From Cyanophyceae cyanobacterium (GTDB taxonomy: Bacteria; Cyanobacteriota; Cyanobacteriia; Cyanobacteriales; JBHJGN01), in contig JBHJGN010000011.1 in assembly GCA_050331735.1 (NCBI GenBank), positions 64,001 to 128,000 on the forward strand: a DNA stretch of 64,000 nucleotides, read 5' to 3'. The position numbers were made by a program, and so were the translations under genes. Below, piece by piece: positions 57,828 to 64,000 of this stretch. The notes below the pieces were generated by a model, which saw nothing but the letters and a program-made list of their open reading frames with translations, was not told the DNA's origin and ran no database searches. Within the stretch, counting starts at the first letter, position 1. Every line of letters starts with the position of its first letter.

Positions 57828-59633
57828 TCACTTCCGCCATCGCCGCCATTGCCCTCTAGAAACGGCGAGATATCTGCGGGCATGGGTGAGAGGATTGAGA
57901 TATCTCTTGAGCAAAGAAGTGAGATCGTGGGGCTGAGGTGATCGCCATTCGCCCATCGAGTTTAAGCGGCCAGAAAGAAACTGCTCCCGGCAGGCAGAGC
58001 GCTGCACCTTACCGCTCGAGGTTTTGGGGAGAGTTCCGGGCTTAAGAAGAGCGATCGCATAAACATCTAGAAAGTGTTCTTGAAAGATTGCCCAGCGAAC
58101 CGTCTCAACGACTTCCTCGACTACGAGCGCTTGCTGATGGCTGCGCTCTACTTCTTGAGCCACCGCGAGCCGTTCTTCTCCCGCCACCTCAACCGCAAAA
58201 GCGGCTCCGCCGTGAGGACGAAAGGCACGATGGCAAGCGGCGACCGTTTGCTCGATCTGCTCAGGGTAGTAGCTAAATCCCCAAAACATCATCACCTCCT
58301 TGAGACGACCCGTGATAAATAGCTCCCCTTCCTGGAGAAAGCCCAAATCCCCAGTTCTTAGCCACGGACCCTCGCCAGATAAATAAGCCTGAAAAGTCTG
58401 CTCTGTTGCTTCGCTTTGGTTCCAGTATCCTTTGCCAACGCTCGGACTAGAAACCCAAATTTCCCCAACTTCGTTCTCGGCACAGGGACGGCCATGCCCA
58501 CCGACAATCACAATCTGCGTGTCTAGCCAGGCTCGACCGCACCCTACCAGTGCCCGTCCCTGTCGCTGGCTATCCACTCGATTCTGTTTAAGAGCAGATG
58601 GCTGAACGTGCTGAACAACAGGCGGTTGTGACTTTAGCCCCCCGGTAATAAATAAGGTGGCTTCAGCCATTCCATAGCAGGGGTAAAAGGCTGCTTGCCG
58701 AAAGCCGCAGGACTGGAACTCGGCAGTAAACCGCTCGATGGTTTCTGCTCGCACCGCTTCCGCCCCACAGAAAGCCACCTCCCAACTGTCTAAATCCAAC
58801 TTCTGCTTCTGGGCATCGGTAACGTGACGACAGAGGAGGTCGTAGGCAAAATTAGGAGCGCCGCTGGTGGTGGCCCGGTAGCGCGAAATGGCCTGAAGCC
58901 AGCGAACGGGTTTCTGCACAAAGGCAAACGGCGACATCAAAATGCTGTGTGCCCCAACGTAGAGACCCTGTAAAACATTCCCAAACAGTCCCATGTCGTG
59001 AAAGAGCGGCAGCCAGCTCACCCCCACCGATGCTGCCGAGTGGCCAAAAGCTAGCTGGAGCAGCTTTTGGTTGTGCAGAATGCAGCCATGTGTGAGCATC
59101 ACTCCTTTAGGAGTGCCAGTGGAGCCAGAGGTGTACTGAATAAAGGCCAGAGTATCGTCACTCAGTTCTGGTCTCCGCCATTCTGCTGAGGATGGCAGGC
59201 GGTCTGTAGTTATCCACTGGAGGGAGGGAGCCTCTGGTGAGAGCAGCCTTCTCAGCTTCGTCAGCCGCGATGTCTGCGATAGGACGATCTGCGGTTGGCA
59301 ATCAGCAAGGCGAGTTTTGAGGTCTGTTACTGCCGGACGGGTTTGGGGGGGATGGCTGGAGACAGCAACAACGCCAGCATACAAACACCCAAAGAACGCG
59401 GCAATAAAGTCTAATCCGGCACTATAGTCGTAGATCAGCAGGGCGCGATCGCCCGGTTTAACCAGAAAGCTGAGAGCGGCAGCGATCGTTCTTGCCTGCT
59501 GATCTAATTCTTGGTAAGTGACGCTGGCTGATTCGGCCTCTTTTAGAAAAGTATAGGCCGTTTGCTGCGGCTGGCATTGCGCTCGCTGGTGCAGGAGATC
59601 GACCAATGTTAAGGGTTGAGTTTGAGTCGGCAT
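57828..59633 (-). CDS. Fatty acyl-AMP ligase (FAAL)
   Basis: AFIQYTSGSTGTPKGV, WLPLFHDMGL, GAPNFAYD, YPCYGMAEATL plus a FAAL-type insertion, LRTGDLGF, PKTSSGKVQR. Confidence 0.92.
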   Translation of the reverse strand: MPTQTQPLTLVDLLHQRAQCQPQQTAYTFLKEAESASVTYQELDQQARTIAAALSFLVKPGDRALLIYDYSAGLDFIAAFFGCLYAGVVAVSSHPPQTRPAVTDLKTRLADCQPQIVLSQTSRLTKLRRLLSPEAPSLQWITTDRLPSSAEWRRPELSDDTLAFIQYTSGSTGTPKGVMLTHGCILHNQKLLQLAFGHSAASVGVSWLPLFHDMGLFGNVLQGLYVGAHSILMSPFAFVQKPVRWLQAISRYRATTSGAPNFAYDLLCRHVTDAQKQKLDLDSWEVAFCGAEAVRAETIERFTAEFQSCGFRQAAFYPCYGMAEATLFITGGLKSQPPVVQHVQPSALKQNRVDSQRQGRALVGCGRAWLDTQIVIVGGHGRPCAENEVGEIWVSSPSVGKGYWNQSEATEQTFQAYLSGEGPWLRTGDLGFLQEGELFITGRLKEVMMFWGFSYYPEQIEQTVAACHRAFRPHGGAAFAVEVAGEERLAVAQEVERSHQQALVVEEVVETVRWAIFQEHFLDVYAIALLKPGTLPKTSSGKVQRSACREQFLSGRLNSMGEWRSPQPHDLTSLLKRYLNPLTHARRYLAVSRGQWRRWRK

Positions 59634-59699
59634 TGGCTATGGCAATTCATTCAACTACTATACTGGAGAATCTTTTTGGCTCAATTGAGCAGCAGCACT

Positions 59700-61418
59700 A
59701 TGTTACGGCGACAGTTCAGTAAAACTAATCCCTTCCTGTTATGGCTGTTATCGGTCCTGCTGTTAGGACTGTTTTTCCGTTTTGCCAATCTTGGCAGCAA
59801 AGTGTTTTGGGTAGATGAAGTGGCAACGGCAATGCGGCTGTCTGGCTACACGGTACAGTCAGTGATTGAGCAAGTCGCCGCTCAGGGAACCGTGAGCGTA
59901 GCGGAACTACGACAGTATTTGTCTCCTACCCCTCAAGATTTCAAGACGACGCTTGCGGTCTTCAAACAGAGCCCAGAACATGCTCCGCTTTATTTTTTAC
60001 TAGCCAGATTTTGGGTGCAGCACGGGGGAAATTCGCCGGCGGCACTGAGAAGCCTTTCTGCTCTGGTGAGCCTGCTGACGTTTCCTGGTTTGTACTGGCT
60101 GTGTTGGGAGTTATGGCAGTCGGCGCGGGTTGGGGTCATCGCGCTGATGTTGTTGAGTGTCTCTCCTTTTTACGTTACCTACGCTCAAGAAGCGCGTCCC
60201 TATAGTCTGTGGACGGTGACGATTTTACTCTCAGGCGCGGCACTCCTCAGAGCCATCCGCCTTGGGACTCGTCGCAGTTGGATGCTATACGCTGTGACTC
60301 TAGTGCTCGGGTTCTATACGTTTTTACTGTCGATTGTGGTAGCGGTTGGGCAAGGAATTTATGTGGCCGTGCAGCGGACTGTTTTTAAGGAGTATCTGCT
60401 GGCTATTGCGGCTAGTGTGATCGCCTTTATACCCTGGCTCCTGGTCATTGGGCAACACTGGCAAGCCCTTCAAGATAACACCACCTGGATGAGGGAACCG
60501 CTGGCGCTGCCAGCCATGATAGCGATTTGGGTCGCGAGTATTCTCCTGACCTTTGGCGATTTACCGATTCCGACGACTATAGACCCCATCGCCATTGTTG
60601 GTATTTTGGTCACGTTAGTCGGGCTCATCTCAATTTTTTTGGTTTGGTTCGGGTTGAAGCGAGGAGCGGCTCCCAGACGGCGGCGGTCAACGCATCGATT
60701 CGCGCTCTTGATTGCTGGCGCTCTGATTCTCGGTAGCACTGCTGTCCTCTACGGTGTTGACTTGGTGACCATCGTCGGCGTAACGTCGGCGTTGGGAGTG
60801 CTAATTTTGGTCGTTGTCTCCCTGAGCTGGCTGTATGCCAATACTCCCTATCGAACGTGGGGATTTGTGCTGGCTTGGTCCTTCCTACCGTTCGTGCTGA
60901 TTGTGAGCGATTTGATAACGGCAGGACAGCGCTCAACGGCTCCTCGCTACTTAATCCCAGCTCAGCTAGGCCTTATAATTACGGTTGCTGGGTTCTTGGC
61001 GACTCGTCGTTCGCAGGTTTGTCTGGCATTGTTGCTTTCGTTAGGACTAGTTTCCTGTCTCTTGAACGTGAATCAGTCGCCTAAGTATCAAAAAGGTCAA
61101 AATGTTCACAATCCCGCTCTAGCGGCTGCCATTAATCAAGCCCAATCGCCAACGCTGTTCGCAGCAGCAGCAGATGTCCCTAACCTAATTTCCTTGAGCG
61201 CTGACTTGCAGCCCGGTGTCACGATTCGGATAGTGCCCGAAGTAGAGTACTATCGTAATCGCAACGTCTTTCTTTTCAATCCGTCTGAGGCTTGGCGGCA
61301 GCAGCTAGGCGATCGCATTGAGCCAGTTTATCAACCGCAACGGTATACGGGAGGGGAGATCACCCTATCCCTGTGGCAAGTCAAAAACGTTAGACTCAAC
61401 GAACATCAGGAGGACTAA
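59700..61418 (+). CDS. GT-C fold (GT39/ArnT-like) membrane glycosyltransferase
   Basis: FRFANLG.KVFWVDE, EHAPLYF, SPFYVTYAQEARPYSL, APRYLIP; multi-TM protein. Confidence 0.88.
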   Translation: MLRRQFSKTNPFLLWLLSVLLLGLFFRFANLGSKVFWVDEVATAMRLSGYTVQSVIEQVAAQGTVSVAELRQYLSPTPQDFKTTLAVFKQSPEHAPLYFLLARFWVQHGGNSPAALRSLSALVSLLTFPGLYWLCWELWQSARVGVIALMLLSVSPFYVTYAQEARPYSLWTVTILLSGAALLRAIRLGTRRSWMLYAVTLVLGFYTFLLSIVVAVGQGIYVAVQRTVFKEYLLAIAASVIAFIPWLLVIGQHWQALQDNTTWMREPLALPAMIAIWVASILLTFGDLPIPTTIDPIAIVGILVTLVGLISIFLVWFGLKRGAAPRRRRSTHRFALLIAGALILGSTAVLYGVDLVTIVGVTSALGVLILVVVSLSWLYANTPYRTWGFVLAWSFLPFVLIVSDLITAGQRSTAPRYLIPAQLGLIITVAGFLATRRSQVCLALLLSLGLVSCLLNVNQSPKYQKGQNVHNPALAAAINQAQSPTLFAAAADVPNLISLSADLQPGVTIRIVPEVEYYRNRNVFLFNPSEAWRQQLGDRIEPVYQPQRYTGGEITLSLWQVKNVRLNEHQED

Positions 61419-61466
61419 CCAAACCACAAACAACTGCTCTTATCGTCCTCGAATTAGCAACGCTCA

Positions 61467-62711
61467 ATGAAAATTGCGATCATCAGTTCTGGTTTTCTGC
61501 CTGTTGTCGATGGCGTTTCGGTCACTCTATACAACAGACTCCAAAAATTGAGCCAGTATGGGCATCAGGTTTTGTTGTTCTGTCCTGACTATCGCTCTTT
61601 GAGCCACATCTATCCCAACTGGCAAGCTTTTACTGGCCATCTCTTTCCAGGAGTGCAGGTCGTTAGTTTAGAGAGTACTGCGTCTATTGGCCTAGATTTT
61701 GAGCGCGACGTTACTGTAAAGTCTTACCGAACGGTTTTAGCAGAGTTAGACAAGTTTCAGCCAGAAATTATCCACGTCGATGAACCAGAAAGATTAGCGA
61801 CGCGGTTTTTGAAGATTCCTGGCGTTGACTATGCGAAGCGGACTGGCATCCCCTGCGTAAGTTTTTTTCACACGAACTATATCGAGTACCTAGACGACTA
61901 TTTTGACCTACCGTGGGGAGCGATCGCCCCTCTCAAATCGTGCTTGAAGTTCCTCTTCGCCCGCATCTATAATGCCTACGACGCGACTCTGGTTGCCACT
62001 CGCGTTACCCAAAGAAAGCTGCTGCAAATCGGCATCAAAAATAGCGTTTGTGCAGATTTACTGGGCGTTGATATCGAACAATATCAGCCCCATTTGCGCC
62101 ACAAACAGTTTTTTCTCAAAAAATATGGACTGGATGTTGAGCAGCAAGTCAAGCTCATCTCGATCGGACGCTTGACTCCTGACAAAGGCTGGCTCTTTAC
62201 TCTCGATGCCCTGACTCAATCGGCACAGCACCGGCACAATGTTACTTTAATTATTGCTGGCGATGGTCCCTTGCGCCCCCAAATTGCTGGCACTTTAGCT
62301 CACACTTCTCTGGATGTTCATCTCCTCGGCAGAATTTCTCCAGAAGAGATCCCAGCACTGCTCATCAATAGCGATATCTACATCACCACCTCTGAGAAAG
62401 AAACAACCGGGCTAACGGTCCTAGAAGCAATGGCGGCTGGCATTCCCGTTATTGCTCCCCGCGCTGGCGGAGTTGTTCATCATGTTCGGGATGGGAAAAG
62501 CGGGCTTTTGTATACTCCCCAAAATGGTAAAGATTTTACCGAAAAACTCAAGTTTTTGGTTGACAATTATTTAGCAAGGCAATCTCTGGGAGCTAAAGGC
62601 AGAGAATTCGTTGCGAACTATAGCTGGGACAAAGTAGTTACAAATTTGTTAGAAATTTGGGAAGAGTATATTAAGAAATACTCTTCCCTGCGAGGTGACG
62701 ATGAAACTTAA
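61467..62711 (+). CDS. GT4 glycosyltransferase (SqdX/PimB-like branch)
   Basis: FLPVVDGVS, FHTNY, IGRLTPDK, SEKETTGLTVLEAMAAGIPV. Confidence 0.9.
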   Translation: MKIAIISSGFLPVVDGVSVTLYNRLQKLSQYGHQVLLFCPDYRSLSHIYPNWQAFTGHLFPGVQVVSLESTASIGLDFERDVTVKSYRTVLAELDKFQPEIIHVDEPERLATRFLKIPGVDYAKRTGIPCVSFFHTNYIEYLDDYFDLPWGAIAPLKSCLKFLFARIYNAYDATLVATRVTQRKLLQIGIKNSVCADLLGVDIEQYQPHLRHKQFFLKKYGLDVEQQVKLISIGRLTPDKGWLFTLDALTQSAQHRHNVTLIIAGDGPLRPQIAGTLAHTSLDVHLLGRISPEEIPALLINSDIYITTSEKETTGLTVLEAMAAGIPVIAPRAGGVVHHVRDGKSGLLYTPQNGKDFTEKLKFLVDNYLARQSLGAKGREFVANYSWDKVVTNLLEIWEEYIKKYSSLRGDDET

Positions 62712-63183
62712 TGATTTGCCCCAGGTCGTTATCGACGATCTTTGCCAGGAAGATTGCTGGCGGCTTGATATCGATCCTGGTTTTGAGAGTAAGCATGAGT
62801 TTTGGATGGTGTGGCGGCATTTTTTGACTTTGCCCTCATCTTCTTTTTATGAGCCAGCGGAAGAAGATTTAGCCGAATTTATGAACTTTGATGGCTTTGA
62901 CGTGCTGCTGCCTGTGAGACGCTCTCATCATTCCTACATCAAGCTCATTCGTCTCATCGCTAGCGCTGACAGGAATACGATTACCTTATTCTTACATGAC
63001 TCTTTTCACCAAAACTGGTTCAACAATGAACAAGGAGCAAGATATGGATTTCTTGCTGTCGCAGATCGCTATCAAAAACACGGCTGCAATTTTTACTTAG
63101 CAAGCTACTATCATTTTTCCTATCTAATCAGCGAAGATTACCAAATAGCTAAAAGAATCATGGTCGAGAAGCTAAATCAGTAA
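62701..63183 (+). CDS. Hypothetical protein
   Basis: 160-aa ORF whose ATG overlaps the end of the GT4 gene, with a GAGGT RBS; no recognised motif. Confidence 0.65.
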   Translation: MKLNDLPQVVIDDLCQEDCWRLDIDPGFESKHEFWMVWRHFLTLPSSSFYEPAEEDLAEFMNFDGFDVLLPVRRSHHSYIKLIRLIASADRNTITLFLHDSFHQNWFNNEQGARYGFLAVADRYQKHGCNFYLASYYHFSYLISEDYQIAKRIMVEKLNQ

Positions 63184-63346
63184 ACCTAAAGCCAAGCTTT
63201 TATTGTTTTGAGCCAAATTAACTTAGCTTCAATCACAGAAGCTCGGAGGAAGAATACTGTTTCTGTAAATACTGATTTCACTGTGTATCGATGACTAGCA
63301 GGAGACCATGACTCTCCGCCATTAGCGTCACATAATTTACGATTAC

Positions 63347-64000
63347 TTAGGGTTTAAGGACAACTTTGATACAGTTGTCCTCTTTCTTCTTGAAGATGTC
63401 GTACCCGCGAGGAGCTTCTGCTAGCTTGAGGCGATGGGTAATAATAAACGAAGGGTCGATTTCCCCATTCTGAATTCGTTCTAGAAGAGGTTGCAGATAT
63501 TTCTGAACGTGGGTTTGCCCGGATCGTAAAGTTAAGCCTTTATTAACGATCGCTCCCATTGGCATTTTATCAACAAAGCCTCCATACACGCCCGGAACAG
63601 AGACCGTTCCTCCTTTGCGACAGGCGACAATGGCCTGCCGGAGGGCCGTTGGCCTGCCCGTTTCTAATCGAACCGTTTGCTTTACTTTGTCGTACAGCGC
63701 CATCGCGTCAGTTCCGTGGGCTTCCATGCCTACTGCATCAATGCAGCGGTCAGGCCCTCGTCCGGCGGTCATTTCTTTGAGGGCCTCGCCTGCGTCTATC
63801 TCTTCGTAGTTCAGCACTTCCGCCCCCGCCTCTTTGGCTAGCTGCATCCTTTCGGGGATGCGGTCGATGGCAATCACTCTTTCTGCCCCAAGCATAAAAG
63901 CACTTCTGATAGTAAACAGCCCAACCGGACCACACCCCCAAATGGCGACGGTATCTCCCGGTTCGATGTCGGCGTTTACGGCGGCCATATATCCGGTCGG
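63347..64000 (-). CDS. Zn-dependent alcohol / formaldehyde dehydrogenase-like protein (5' part outside window)
   Basis: [48 protein letters not shown]; frame stays open to the window edge. Confidence 0.92.
   Translation of the reverse strand, partial: PTGYMAAVNADIEPGDTVAIWGCGPVGLFTIRSAFMLGAERVIAIDRIPERMQLAKEAGAEVLNYEEIDAGEALKEMTAGRGPDRCIDAVGMEAHGTDAMALYDKVKQTVRLETGRPTALRQAIVACRKGGTVSVPGVYGGFVDKMPMGAIVNKGLTLRSGQTHVQKYLQPLLERIQNGEIDPSFIITHRLKLAEAPRGYDIFKKKEDNCIKVVLKP

Larger units (their letters stand above)
1..64000. repeat. HIP1 octamer (GCGATCGC) dispersed throughout
   Basis: Dozens of copies, e.g. 17621, 17973, 20689 and 21492, far above random expectation; a cyanobacterial hallmark. Confidence 0.9.

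Noticed and set aside
61467..62711. sqdX gene symbol
   Set aside because: The N-terminal motif is similar but too divergent overall, and no sqdB is nearby; left as generic GT4.

Overview
A 64-kb cyanobacterial chromosome segment, identified by dense HIP1 GCGATCGC octamers and a group-2 sigma factor SigD. About 1-25.7 kb is one large surface-polysaccharide locus. It begins with divergent galE and a beta-helix protein, followed by a GC-richer Wzx/Wzy-type block (GT4s, a GH74-like lipoprotein, a pseudo-receiver/co-polymerase fusion, Wzy, Wzx, GT2s). An AT-richer block follows (GT2s, Wzm/Wzt ABC exporter, WcaL-like GT4, an HTTM-like membrane protein and an asparagine-synthetase-like protein). Next come GH116, sigD, DUF760, mutY, a CPBP protease, a Wzc with degenerate kinase motifs and a WecG/TagA glycosyltransferase carrying tandem MshEN-like repeats. 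The right half holds an oxidoreductase, a PGM1-like ATP-grasp ligase, a minus-strand HEAT / GTPase-TPR / giant pentapeptide / CHAT run, a URC-type uracil operon (urc1-urc4-upp), an AEC transporter, an FGE-domain protein, a ferrochelatase paralogue, a PLD lipoprotein, FAAL, GT-C, GT4 and a Zn-dehydrogenase. Intergenic DNA carries a modular repeat system: purine/pyrimidine heptamer arms, conserved cores and many 13-14 nt G...C mini-hairpins, often placed at gene 3' ends. No rRNA, tRNA, CRISPR array or intact transposase was seen. All protein calls are by motif recognition only; no database searches were run.
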